Source: Vezdaea acicularis (Eukaryota). Taken from it: a stretch of 64,000 bases of DNA. Location: positions 1-64,000 of the forward strand of contig JAPEUI010000057.1 in assembly GCA_026025075.1 (NCBI GenBank), given 5' to 3'. The notes below the pieces were generated by a model. The model had not been told where the DNA came from and searched no databases. It worked only from the letters and a program-made list of their open reading frames with translations. The position numbers and the translations under genes are program-made. Shown piece by piece: positions 51,652 through 64,000 of the stretch (its first letter is position 1; every line of letters starts with the position of its first letter).

Positions 51652-53616
51652 CGGCAAATGACTCGGATACCCAGGTTCTTGAATTAATGACTCGGATACC
51701 CACGCTACACCGCCTTTCCTCACCGCTTTGTGGCTATTTTATACTTAGCGGGGTATATATCCTGCTGAAATCCGTTTTCCATAGCTATAGCCTGTATTTA
51801 CGCATATCAAGTCCGTCAATATGTCCATCACTGTTGATCAGATCTATCCATCATGCAGTGACGCCGGTCGGGCGTTTTTAACTGCTGCAATTCAGCAAGG
51901 CACCTCTTATCGGGTCCTTAAGGCTAAAAAGACACGATATACGGTGGGTTGTCGTTCCGTTGAATGTCTGTTCAGGTGGCATGCGATCCGGCAAAAAGAC
52001 GGCACCGCAAAAATCAAGACTGTTGCGGAGCATACATGCTCACCGGCAGTGCATCAAGGTTGGAAGTTAGCAAACAGTGTTGCAGCTGCTTTACCACATC
52101 ATGAGGATTACGTTGCGGTCAATTTAAAGACTACTCCACGAGCTATCATAGCTCACGAACGTATCAGTTACGGTAATACTCTGCCATATCGACAAGCATA
52201 CCGTATTCGAGAAGCCGCTCAAGCAAACCTTATAGTTAGCGGCGCTGATAGTTTTTACAAGCTACCAGCGTACTTTACGGCTATTGAACAGAATAATTTG
52301 GAACATACCGCTGTCTTAGAAACAACAGAAGGCCAATTTTTCCGCTGTTTCATAGCTCCTGAAGCTACAAAACACGCAGCTAGAACTATGCGCCCCTTTA
52401 CGGCAGTTGACGGTGCTCATTGCACTAGTGCCTATGGCGGAGTTCTGTTAATAGCCGTAGGCTTAGATGCTAACAATGAAACGCTACCGTTAGCTTGGGC
52501 TCTTGTTGCTACGGAGAATGAAGACAATTGGTGCTGGTTTATGGCCTTATTTGGTAGCGCATTTCCGTCTCTTATTATACCCAAGGCCGTAATCATTAGT
52601 GATCGACATAAAGGCTTATTAGCAGCTATTCGGCAGCTGTATCCGGCATGTTCTGCAGCTCGCTGCTGTCAACATATCGCGGACAATATAGCAATAAGAT
52701 ATGGCAAAGCTTGCCGGAAGTTATTCTGGACTTGCGCATATGCTAAGACAAGATAATCATTGACGGAAGCCATTGAGATGTTACGGCAGCATAATGCTTC
52801 TGCTGCGGCCTATTTAGAAGATATTGACGCCGTTACATGGGCTACTGCGGTCTTTCCGGCGCCTCGATACGGTCACCTAACGTCTAATCTTGTTGAATCA
52901 GTTAACGGACATTGGTTGGAAGCTAGAGATCAGCCGGCATTAGGTCTATTAAGTACAATATGGCAGATTATGGCTCAAAAGATACTAGAACGGAGTCAAC
53001 AAGTCATTAACGGAATCTTATGTGCCCGGCCTCAAAAACATCTTGCCGGACTACTGGCCAAAAGTGGCCGTTACAATGCTGCTCTATATGATATTGATAT
53101 AGGCATTGTTACAAAAGGCGCCGACAGTTACTCCGTTGACCTTATGCAGTATAAATGCTCTTGCGGAGAGTTTACAGAATATCAATCACTTTGTGTGCAT
53201 GCACTTGCTCTTTGCACCCGGCAACGTCTAGATCCTCATCATTACGTATCAAATATCTATCGTACGGAGACTCATAGGCAACAATATTCAAAACGGCTTA
53301 TGCCAATTAATATGGCGGTGTTACCGGACAGTAACGTATGTAATCCTCCTATTTATCAACGAGTTGCAGGAAGGCCCGCCAAGGCAAGGAAACGGGCCGG
53401 ACAACGGGCCAATACTGCAACTAGATATCACTGCAGCCGTTGCGGGGCAGAAGGGCATACTAGACGGTCACAGCAGTGTAGGGGGGACAGACGGGGGTTT
53501 GCGGGGCTGGGAATGCCGGCAGAAAACATGCTTGTATAATGCATTGATTAAGCGAGCCAAATTTATGGGTATCCGAGTCATTAATTCAAAAACCTGGGTA
53601 TCCGAGTCATTTGCCG
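51652..53616 (+). mobile_element. Mutator-like DNA transposon (MULE), 1965 bp
   Basis: 51-bp TIRs at 51652-51702 and 53566-53616 (one mismatch); 9-bp TSD ATTTAGATA at 51643-51651 and 53617-53625. Confidence 0.96.
51821..53539 (+). pseudogene. MULE transposase interrupted by one in-frame TAA (52754-52756)
   Basis: The two ORFs share a frame; AVDGAH, IISDRHKGL, CCQH, TSNLVESVN (DDE core), SWIM finger CSCGEF...CVH, zinc knuckle CSRCGAEGH. Confidence 0.9.
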
Positions 53617-54044
53617 ATTTAGATATCTAGCATGGTGAAACGGACTTTTTTCCTTGACTTTCGAAAGCGATTATCGAACTCGGGACGAAGACGCTCTCTG
53701 CAACATATGGACTGCACTTGGTATGATGCATCTTCAACACGAAGCAAGCAAGGATTTCCTGTAGCTACTTCGATCAATAGAGAAATGGCGGTTATGGTTG
53801 CATTTACGTCAAATCGCTTAGATAATTACATTGATGGTTGAACTGGACATCAGTACTTAGGTCAATCCCTTGAAGGTTGGTGATTTGTACGATAGTGTGT
53901 TGACCTTAATAAAACATCTAGGCAACCCCCTATACTTCCAGTACGGCTATACTCTAAATTGCCGCAGTTTCTATATCCAACGATCTAAGCTCAATTGTGT
54001 ACAAGTACACCTGCGCCGAATGGAGGATTGCCGATTCGTTGCTC

Positions 54045-55920
54045 TCATTGCTTAGCGCTGGAAGATTCTGGCTGCTTACGCCAAATTGCATCCGCAACCT
54101 TCACTACTTCGACCATCTCTCTCACATCGTGCACTCTGACGACTTCAGCTCCTAAGTGAACTGCCGCAGCTACTGCCGCAGCGGTTCCCCACCCTCGCTC
54201 CTTTGGGTCCTTGACGCCGGTAATTCGCCCTATAAAGCCCTTCCGACTAACACCAATCACCATTGGTATACCTGTGATATTTCTTCCCGTACCGAAACCA
54301 CGGAGAATTTCAAGGTTGTCGGTCTCACCCTTAGCAAATCCGATTCCAGGATCTTCCAAAAGCCTCCAACGAGGGATGCCTGCGGCTTCCGCTGCATTCA
54401 TACGTTCTATGAGCTCCGTTCTTACAGAGGTCAGAACGCCGTTTGGGTAATGGGCATGCTTCTGCATGTTCTCTGGCGTTCCACGGGTGTGGCCCATAAT
54501 GTAGGTTATACCAAGTCTAGCAACTGTCCTGAGCATCTCTGGATCCAACGTCCCGGCCGATACGTCGTTGACCATATCAGCCCCAGCTCTGATTGCTTCT
54601 TCAGCTACTTTCGCACGATAAGTGTCAACACTTATGCATATGTTCTTCCCTGCAGTCCCAGCGGAGCGGATGAGGCGAATTGCCGGTAGAATTCGAGAAA
54701 GCTCTTCGTCTTCACCAATGGGCTCTGCACCTGGCCGAGTAGACTGACCTCCGACATCGATGATATTTGCACCCTCATTTAGAAATTTCTCAATTGTTTT
54801 GATCAAAGATTCGGGCTGTGTAGGCGAATGAACACCACCGTCTGAAAATGAGTCTGGAGTGATGTTGAGAATAGCCATCACTTGCGTGTGTCGAGTAGCG
54901 GAAACCCCTACTATTGGAGGACACCCTTCTCTAGATATTCTCGTGATAGGCGTTATGGTCCGAGGCGAAGCATCAGACTTGATCTTGCGAAGGTACTCGG
55001 TGAAAAGCAAGGCATCATGCATCGGAGGCCGATATCTCGGTATCAAGCTAAGGCATATTTAGATCCAGTTATCCTTGAGCCCTCGTTCCATACTCACTTG
55101 CAGAGAGGTCGGAGAACGAATTCTCGTTCCAACATTCGCTCATGAGGTATCGTTAAGTCCTTATGTTTCAATATCATAAAACCATAGAGCAGTATATCAA
55201 GATCGATAGTGCGAGGACCATTCTCAACTTTTCTGATCCGCCCAAGCTTCCGCTCTATTTCTTGTAGTCGAGATAGTAACTCCAAGGGTTCGAACATGGT
55301 TGCAATCTGAACACCTATTGTTAATCGCATGTCGCGCATTCAAGATGGCAAAGACAACTAACCTCACAAACGCCGTTTAAGAACTCTCCTTGATCAGTGA
55401 GATACATTGGTTTCGTTTCATACAACGGACTCGTCCGCATTACCCGTATACCATTTTGGTTCATTAAGCGTAGAGCCTCTTCGATTGTCTCAATCCGGTC
55501 CCCTACATTACTTCCCAAGGCGATGTACGCACGAATCTTTCTCCGAGCAATTAGCTCCCCTTGCCTAGTCATTTCCCTATCTGATTTGTTCTTATAGTTC
55601 AGCTCCTGGACTTGATTTTTATCTTTTGACCTCTTCGCGTCGCCATATAGGAAAATCTTCTGCGCTGGAGAATATCTGTGGGTACGAACATAGCGGGCGA
55701 GCTTTCGATCCTGAATCGAAGCTTTACCAGTGGTTACGGAAGTTCCCTCGTCGGAGTTTCGTATGTACGTCCTAGGCCACGCCAATGCTAATTGGAAGTA
55801 CTGAACCGGCCAATTGTCGCATCGTCGAAGCTTTGCTCGGACAGGAGCACCGAGCCATCGCGTTCGTGCAAGACGGGAGATGCAGTGCATTAGAGGAGAA
55901 CCCCTGCACTTCATCCCCAT
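54045..55920 (-). CDS. FOL1: Folate biosynthesis protein, HPPK-DHPS fusion
   Basis: HPPK: YIALGSNVGDR, GPRTIDLDIL, IPHERMLEREFVLRPL; DHPS: ILNITPDSFSDGG, DVGGQSTRPG, SVDTY, DPGIGF, SRKGF, RVHDV; exact start ATG uncertain. Confidence 0.92.
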
Positions 55921-56216
55921 CCGGACGAGTGATAATGGTCATTGAACCTCTCTGCGGTACCTTGAATCATCAATGGAGGGCGGTTTTCGTTAAGCGTGAT
56001 CTGCGAAAGGTTAGTCGCTAAATCGTCCGAAGGCGGTCATTACATTACCTCGGCATCTCATGCTTCATGCTAAGCGCACCATAAGAGCGGCTGATACCCC
56101 AAGAACTCAACCACCTATATACATATCCGACTCTACAAGCCACATTAGAGCGACCCGCAGACGCCTATACACTTGCATTCTCTCCTAAAGGTTTTAGAAA
56201 GTATAAAGTCCTCACC

Positions 56217-57457
56217 ATGGCGTCTCCTCGTAAGTGCTACCACATCCCCGCATAAGGAGAACCATGGACTAAGCAGTGAACAGAGCAACTTAGGACCACA
56301 ATTACAGATACACTGAAAATCAAGCATCCTATCATGTTGGCGGGTATGAATGTTGCTGCAGGCCCTCGACTTGCTGCAGCAGTCACCAACGCCGGTGGTC
56401 TTGGTGTCATTGGTGGTGTGGGGTACACGCCTGACATGCTACGAGAACAAATAGCGGAATTAAAGAGCTTCCTGCATGATAAGAATGCACCTTTTGGGGT
56501 AGACCTACTACTTCCGCAGGTTGGTGGTGGAGCCAGAAAAACGAAGTATGTCCTTGCATATGTCGCAAAGTCACACCTTAAAGCTTCACATGCTTACTTT
56601 ACGACTACAGTTATGACTACACCAAGGGTAAACTTGATGACCTTGTTGGCATCATTATCGATAGTGGCGCGAAGCTCTTCGTTTCTGCAGTCGGCGTTCC
56701 ACCGAAGGCTGTTGTTGATCGCCTACATAAAGCCGGCGTACTATACATGAACATGATTGGTCATCCCAAGCATGTGCAAAAGTGTATAGATGCTGGCTGT
56801 GACATAATTTGTGCACAAGGCGGTGAGGGCGGTGGGCATACTGGCAACGTTCCGACAACGATTCTTATTCCAACAGTGGTGCAGCTTTGCAAAGGCAAGA
56901 AGAGCCCTCTCACTGGTGACGATGTCCAAGTCGTAGCGGCAGGGGGTCTGTTTAACGGCCAGTCACTCGCGGCAGCATTAATGCTAGGCGCCGACGCTGT
57001 ATGGATCGGAACCAGGTTTGTTTTAAGTGAGGAAGCTGGGGCTCCAAAAGCGCATCAAGATGCTGTCCGAACAGCTGGGTTCGATGACAACATTCGGACC
57101 ATTATCTTCACGGTATGCCCTCCCTCCCCAGTATTCTCAGAAATTTCCTTAATACGTTAGAAACAGGGGCGCCCTCTCCGTGTTAGAAAGAATCCATATA
57201 TCATGAACTGGGAAGAGAACAGGGCCAATGAGATTAAGGAGCTTACGGCCAAGGGAACAATACCTGTGGAGCATGATCTTGAGACGCTTGGAGATGATGT
57301 CGATGACGAGACCATGGATAACGCTCGACCATTCCTGATGGGCAAAGTCGCTGCGGTTGTCAATGAGCGCAAGAGCGCGAAGGAGATTGTAGACGAGATG
57401 ATTGGCGACGCAGTGCAGTGGCTGAATAAGGGGCACAGAATGGTGGCAAAATTATGA
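56217..57457 (+). CDS. Nitronate monooxygenase / 2-nitropropane dioxygenase-family FMN enzyme
   Basis: KHPIMLAGM, VTNAGGLGVIG, AQGGEGGGHTG, VAAGG, LGADAVWIGTRF; three introns. Confidence 0.92.
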
Positions 57458-57880
57458 GGAGAGCAAGTGAGAGAATAGAATGGTCATGGGTCAGCATGAC
57501 TAACTTAAGGGGAACATTTGCATGCGTACAGTAATGTCTTCCCGAGTATTGACAGCTTCCTAAAGCGCTAAAAGATTCTTGAGTGTCAGCGCAGCTAGTC
57601 ATAGTTATTAAGAGTAGACTTTGAATGGTGTACTAAATAGCGGAGAGCTTCGCTCTTCTTTCGGGGGCAATTTGTGGCCTTGGATCCAGGTTACAGCGAA
57701 TACGTGGGAGAAAGTGATACCAAAACCCCGATGCAGACTAGTGCAAACTTTTCTTTGCCCCACGGCAACTCCCCCACAAAATAAAATGCCCAACGGGCAC
57801 CGTCACTTTCCAAAGCTCAAGACCTCGGGGGCCACAGCTAAGACTCCTAAATTTGATACCTTACACCCCTTCATTTCGTG

Positions 57881-58911
57881 ATGGCAAGCTCTTCAAAGTA
57901 TGTCTTCTCTAATTTCTGAGCTTTGTAGAACCTAACCGGGCTTTGTAGACGCCCCGACTGGGCCGACGACGAGGACTTCGACGACCCGTCTTCACTTCCA
58001 CCCCAGCAGATCAGTACCAACAAGGACGGCACTAAGACGATAGTGTCATACCGTTTCAACGATGACAACAAGAAGGTTAAGACCACTCGACGGATAAAAA
58101 CCACCGTCAAGACTGAACGCGTAAACCCCCGTGTCGCAGAGCGAAAAGGCTGGAGCAAGTTCGGGCTAGAAACAGGCCACAAGGCGGGACCAAGCCTCGA
58201 CACGACTTCTGTGGGCGAAAACATAATTTTCAGACCCATGCTTAACTGGAAAGCGAACGCAAAGGAGGAGAAGGCAGATAAAGGTAGTATGAAGGACCAG
58301 CTAAAGGACAAGAAAGTGAAATGCCGAATCTGTAACGGCGAGCATTTTACGGCTAAGTGTCCGTTCAAAGACACCATGGCTCCTTCGGACGATATCGGTG
58401 GTGCTGGTGATATGGATCTCGCAAAAGGGGCGTCCCCTGATGTAGGTGGGCTCAGTGGTGCAGGAGGCAGCTACGTCCCACCACATATGCGAAAGGGCGC
58501 TGCTGGGGGTGGTGGTGATAGGATGGGGAGCAAATTCGATAGGGATGATCTTGCTACTTTGAGGGTCACCAATGTGAGTGTTCACATCCTGTCTCAAGTG
58601 CGACTTATATACTGATGTTATATAGGTGAGCGAATTTGCTGAGGAACAGGACTTACGAGATATGTTTGAGCGGTTTGGTAGAGTCACGCGAGTATTCCTT
58701 GCAAAAGATAGAGAAACGGGACGAGCGAAAGGCTTTGCATTCATTAGCTTCCAGGAAAGGACAGATGCGGCAAAGGCATGCGAGAAGATGGATGGCTGTG
58801 AGTCCTTACTCTTTCCATCACTCGGTTTTGGAACTAATACGAAATTTTACAGATGGGTTTGGGCACTTGATTCTTCGCGTTGAGTTCGCCAAGCGGACTG
58901 CTCCTGCTTAG
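57881..58911 (+). CDS. TIF35: Translation initiation factor eIF3 subunit G
   Basis: [18 protein letters not shown], zinc knuckle [24 protein letters not shown]...AKGFAFISF. Confidence 0.96.
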
Positions 58912-59364
58912 AGGGATGGCTTTGAATGGGTCAAGGCAGTAGCTAGCATCGTCGGTCACGGCGTCGGGAAATGCATCTAATTATACTCGTACTATATCGT
59001 TTTCGATCGCTTGTTCTGCCACAATTTTGCCATCTCGACCTTCTTACTCTTCTTGTCATCTAGCTGTTTTCTTATCTCATGTAATGTACGAAGACGCCGT
59101 GGAGGACCGGAGGAAGGTACAATACCCATCCGACTCAATGCTCGACTACGTGTGAAAGGCTCAAGGAAGGTGTTTTAGTATATTTAGCAAGCTATCTACA
59201 CGTTCACTCGTCCTATCTTAATTCCACATTACGTGTGACATCGCGCGTCGTACAGCCGCCGTTTCGCAATAAACCCAGGTTTTCCGGCCAGAGGATACAA
59301 CAGCGGAGACAGAATGAAGCGACGATACGGTGTGTTTAGTTTATCAAGAACACAAGACTATTCC

Positions 59365-61094
59365 CTAACTATTCAGGTAGCTTCTGATAGCGCCTACGAA
59401 ATCGTCAGCATTTGCATGTTTTCCTCAAGCCACGTAAATGCTGAACATACCTTGCAATTTACTTGCGCCTTCCCCAAGTACACTAGTAAGATTCTCTAAA
59501 TCGTCACCAGCTGTGACACCAAACTTCCTGACAAAGTCCTTTGCAGCACTCTCAAGATCTCCATAATTCCCATACTCATCTGGCCCATTTTCATCCTCAG
59601 GTCGGCCAAAGTAGGCATTACTTGAAATAGCTGTTGCCCCTTCGAATCCTTGAAGTCGGCTCTTAGCCTCAGCTTTGGCATTGGAATCGAAAACGTCACG
59701 TCCAAAGAACTCGTCGCTAGAGATACCCTTCTGAGCACCGAACTTTTGGCGGGCGAATGTTTCATCCTCATCTAACACGCATCAATATAGTGCAGTAAGT
59801 TTGGGGTAAGAATTCTCACCTTCAGCGACTGGCTTGCTCACCGCCCCAAAACCCATCTTCTTTGGTGCTACCGCTGCAGGCTTGGCTCCACCGACCTGAC
59901 CAAACCCTAGACGACCCATACCCATTCCAAGTCTCTCCAGCTCACTTGCGCTCCTTTCCCGTCCCTTGGTCGTCCCAAACCCGACTTTCCCAGGACTTAG
60001 GGGGGTAGGGCTGGCAATGGCGGTCTTCTCGGCCGATACGCCAGCAATCTTCGGCTTAGTCTCCTTTGTCGCTGCCTCCTCGGCCTCAGGATCGTATCCC
60101 AGCTTTTCAATTCGCTCCGCTTCTTCCTTTGCTTTCTTTTCCGCAGCCTCAAAGTCGATGGTATCACCTCCGGTGATCTTCTTAGCTCCCAATTTTTGTT
60201 TGCTCTTTCCTCCGAGGACTGCCTTGCGAGGACCTGTAGTTGCCGTTTTGCGGATAGCAGCGGATGGAACGGTCTTGTTCGCTATAGGAGTCGTTGTCAA
60301 TCCTGACTCTGAGGGTACAAGAGGGGACTTAGGCCGAGCAACAGCGGTCCCGTTGGTACCTGCGTTGAGAAAGGGAGAAGGAGTGCGCCCAACAACGGGC
60401 GGGGTAGCTGTACGAGATGGCGGAGGAGTGGGCCGCTTGATGGATGGCTTATCCCAGGAAGAAAAGAAATCATCGTCTGGCTCTCCGGCAGGAGTATTAG
60501 TGCCATCACCAGTCGCTGACGGTAAATCGGTTATTACGACATCATTCGGGTACCTAGGACCTGTCAGCTTTGCAGCTCACGGTGCGAATATCTACAAGCT
60601 TACTCAACGGCATCAACCTGTGCTCTCCTCTTCAGTTCGTCCTTGTATTTAGTAGCCGCACTCGAACCGTATTTGACCTTCGGATCTTTGCTGGCCAACG
60701 CAGCAGATCCCCCATGCGACTGGAAGAACTTGGTCGCCGATTCATTGCCCCCAACCTTCATGACTCGGAGTTGATCCCATTGCCATTCTAGAGAACCGTC
60801 AGCTTCATTTTGCTTCAGGGTGTACACTGGATCCATACGATCGAGATTTGTGGACCGTACAAAGGAGATATGAACCCCTAAATTGCGGTGATTCGCGGAA
60901 CAGTCCAGACACAAGTAGATACCGAATGGGACAGATGACCAAGTTGGGTTCTTCTGCCCACAATCAAAGCAAACCTAGACATACGAGTTCAAAGATGCCC
61001 TAGATCTTGATTGAGAGAAGCGCACCTTATTTGCTGGCTTAGTTTTGAGCTTCTCGAATATCTTCTGCGACTGGGCCTTGGATGCCAACGCCAT
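59365..61094 (-). CDS. GLO3: ADP-ribosylation factor GTPase-activating protein (Glo3-like)
   Basis: [66 protein letters not shown]. Confidence 0.93.
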
Positions 61095-61422
61095 TTTCGC
61101 AGAATGTCACAGTCTAACGGCTCTACAAGATGTTATGAGGAGAAGCAGTGGTTTTAGGCTCTGCCCAGGCGAATTTCTCTATGGATAACTGGAGGCGACG
61201 GAACGTTACGACTCTAAATATCCGATTATCGAGGGGCAAAGCGAGGGTTCCCTGAAGCCACCTGGAATTCTTTCGGCAGAGGCTCGAACTGTCCGAGCCG
61301 CTAAACCGGACTTGGAGGGATACCAAAGCTTGTGCGCCCAAGTTTCAACGTCCTTCAAAAGCGGTGGAGAGAGACCATGAACCCCACATGACAAAGCTGG
61401 GCTTCCACTTTTTCATGACAAT

Positions 61423-62145
61423 ATGTCAAAGGCCCATCAGCCCACACTAGCCATTTTAATTCGGTCTTATGTTTTACCCTCCATTCACTCCCCCTCCGCG
61501 AGCTCCCATAGGTCAAAGCTACCAGCACTACAGCACCTCCGTTACGCCACGCAGAGCAGGACAGGCACGATAACACCTCCCTCTCGGAGAGCTGTTACAG
61601 TCTCAAATGACGACGGCCGTATAAAATGGGGTGAGCTTTCTGTCCGAGAAAAGGCCGCCCGCACAACCCAGCAATCCTTCAACCTACTACTCATCCTCGG
61701 TGGAGCTATAGGTCTTGGCTTTGTGGTGACGTATCTCTACAAAGATGTTTTCTCGCCAGATAGCAAGACGAATGCATTCAACCGCGCTGTGGACCGCGTA
61801 AAGCGGGACCCGCGCTGCACGGAACTTCTAGGAAGCAGCAAGAAGATCAAGGCTTTCGGGGAGCCGACAAGCAACAAATGGGCGAGGGCAAGGCCACTCG
61901 CGAGTAGCGCTTGGAGTGATCAGAGGGGGAATCATCATATGCAGATGAGATTCAATGTGGAAGGACCGCTGAATAGTGGAGTAGTGCACGTGCATTTGGT
62001 GAAGAGGGTGGGGGAGGGCGAATTCAATTATAAGCAGCTCGCTTTGGATGTTAAGGGGCACCAGCGGGTATGGCTGGAGAACGCAGATGTAAAAGCGGAG
62101 CCTCTTGGAGAGAGTCGAAAATTCTTCGGTGTAAAGTGGAGATGA
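61423..62145 (+). CDS. TIM21: Mitochondrial import inner-membrane translocase subunit Tim21
   Basis: Basic presequence, single TM, FSPDSKT..FNRAV, IKAFGE, MRFNVEG. Confidence 0.9.
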   Translation: MSKAHQPTLAILIRSYVLPSIHSPSASSHRSKLPALQHLRYATQSRTGTITPPSRRAVTVSNDDGRIKWGELSVREKAARTTQQSFNLLLILGGAIGLGFVVTYLYKDVFSPDSKTNAFNRAVDRVKRDPRCTELLGSSKKIKAFGEPTSNKWARARPLASSAWSDQRGNHHMQMRFNVEGPLNSGVVHVHLVKRVGEGEFNYKQLALDVKGHQRVWLENADVKAEPLGESRKFFGVKWR

Positions 62146-63229
62146 GACGAAGGCAGCCTACCGGAATCCGAGTGGAATGCTCATGGTCATGTGCGGGTTC
62201 GGGCTCACCGTAGGCCCCCCACATGCCACAATGGCGCTCAAGAAGAGCAGGCAGATGGAAATGGCTCCACTTGATCCATTCAAAAATGCTGATCAAGATC
62301 CTGCGAGAGAGCGCGTTCACAAATCTAGCAGATCCTATCGACATGTATCACGAGAGAATTATCGTCAAAGGCATGGAAGATAATCTGGCGCTCATCCTGA
62401 GTCTGGCATGAAACGTCGAGGCTAAGCCATCAATCAATCGTGGCGCTACGCTTCTACTGCTCAGCATGAAATGGTGCTCTGGGTAGATTGATAAAATGTC
62501 AAAAGCCTTGGCCCGTTCTGCTACCTTTGCCCAGCTCAATAGAAGACCTTGAACGCCGCCACAAGATCCTTCAACCTTTCTTAAACTCCAGGGTATAGAC
62601 CAACTTGACGTGGTTCCTCGATGTTCCGAGAAAGAAATGGCTTTTTGCGGGGGAAAGAAATCTTGGATGCAAATAATAATCATTTTTCCGCCGGGGTGCT
62701 GTTCTAATGCTTTGCATGCCTAGAAACTTTTGACCTCTTGCAAGGCTTCAATCAGTGCAAAATGACTATGGCGAAATATCAAGAAATCAAGTCCATACAT
62801 AACGCTAAGATAGAAATTCCAAGGCAATAGCTTTAGTAATGGGTTACCTGTTATTCCGACTCTCCAAGCTCTGACCGGGTCTACAAATCTGGCGCCAAAC
62901 ACCCACAGCGCCCTTCGTCCGTGTGCAGCCAATCACCTCGAAGATTGAATCTGCACCGGTTGCGGATAACATAAGTCTATAAAATTCGTTGAAGGGGCAG
63001 GATAGAATCAGCTTGTTTTCCAACCGCAGCTCACGGTAAACGATATACCGCGACATTCTGAAGGCAAGCACGATGATTGAATGGAATATCATGAATGATA
63101 GCCGACGTTGCAAGTTGCTCGGTCGAAAAGGAGTTTCCATTCGACACCATGGGCGATACGAAGGGAGGCGGCCTAGACCAAAACGATCGAGTGTAGAAAT
63201 CGTGAACGAACGGAAATGAGGTGACCGTG

Positions 63230-64000
63230 TCAAGAGGCCAGGTTGGAATAGAATCCACGAGAGGCCTCGGAGCCCTGGAAGCGCGAGCATAGTTGAGGGA
63301 GTGGCTGGATCTTGGTCTCAGGCCAAACTCCCACTGGTTTAGAACCAAGCTTTGACAGGTCTCTAGACAAGGAGACAGGCTCGCTTGTCCTCTCATGTCG
63401 CGAAGCGGCCGATGGAAAGGACGTAAAGCCATTTCCAAGCCGAGTCTGGTTCATTTGTGACTCAAACAGCGAAGATGGATAATATTGGTAGCCGGGATAC
63501 TCTTCAATCGCACTCGACTCTTCGGCCGTGAGTATTGGCTCCAGAGGCGTGTCAAGTTGACCACCACTGGAGGATCGGCTCGAGATCGAATGTTCTGCTA
63601 GACTCTCCAGCGAACAAGACTGAGAGCTTAAGCCCAGGGAACTCTGATAGCTTGATCCGTTGAAGCCTGGATTAGAGCTGCCCACAAATGAATATGGGGC
63701 GCTCATCCCTCTAAAGCTCGTTGTTGCTCCTGTTCCCGCGATCGGCCCTCCGCCGCTCATATCACCACCTCCAGCAGAGGGGCCACTACTACTCGAGCTG
63801 CCTCGGCGATCATCTTGATAATGACCTGGCGACCGGCCACGGACCACCATGGGAACAGACGTCCGAGTTGCAACCTTGACCCAGTCGTTTTCTGATCCCG
63901 AGGAAGACGCCACCTCCGCATATAGCTCAACGACCAAGTGGTAATATTGCTGAGCAGCACGCCTCTTGCCATTGTTAGCTGTCGCAGACTTGAACTGGAT
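63230..64000 (-). CDS. NDT80/PhoG-family transcription factor; 5' part lies outside the window
   Basis: QFKSATANNGKRRAAQQYYHLVVELYA and VVRGRSPGHY are the C-terminal motifs of the Ndt80 DNA-binding domain. Confidence 0.92.
   Translation of the reverse strand: MQFKSATANNGKRRAAQQYYHLVVELYAEVASSSGSENDWVKVATRTSVPMVVRGRSPGHYQDDRRGSSSSSGPSAGGGDMSGGGPIAGTGATTSFRGMSAPYSFVGSSNPGFNGSSYQSSLGLSSQSCSLESLAEHSISSRSSSGGQLDTPLEPILTAEESSAIEEYPGYQYYPSSLFESQMNQTRLGNGFTSFPSAASRHERTSEPVSLSRDLSKLGSKPVGVWPETKIQPLPQLCSRFQGSEASRGFYSNLAS

Noticed and set aside
52754..52759. Programmed stop-codon readthrough in the transposase
   Set aside because: TAA is the least leaky stop and the context lacks a known readthrough motif; a point mutation is simpler.

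Overview
Gene-dense eukaryotic DNA from a filamentous ascomycete (Pezizomycotina-type genes, short GT-AG introns with CTRAY branch sites). I can support 28 host protein-coding genes, mostly housekeeping: IMH1-like golgin, lunapark, MTHFR, threonine aldolase, GNAT, DDI1, RRP8, a Zn2Cys6 factor, IFA38, ERG28, GAL7, F-box, ARG2, mannitol-1-P dehydrogenase, NOG1, FOL1, eIF3g, GLO3, TIM21 and a partial NDT80-family factor. A GC-richer cell-surface block (Thr-rich GPI protein, kelch membrane protein, SUR7 family) spans about 41-51 kb. Two DNA transposons are visible directly: a 1965-bp Mutator-like element (51-bp TIRs, perfect 9-bp TSD, one in-frame stop in the transposase) and a ~600-bp TA-flanked Tc1/mariner-type non-autonomous element. 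The most intriguing but speculative signal is the MTHFR 5' leader, which has two splice donors, upstream ATGs between them, tandem acceptors and a stem covering the first donor, resembling fungal riboswitch-type splicing control. Exon boundaries were read by eye, family calls come from motif recognition, and no searches were run.
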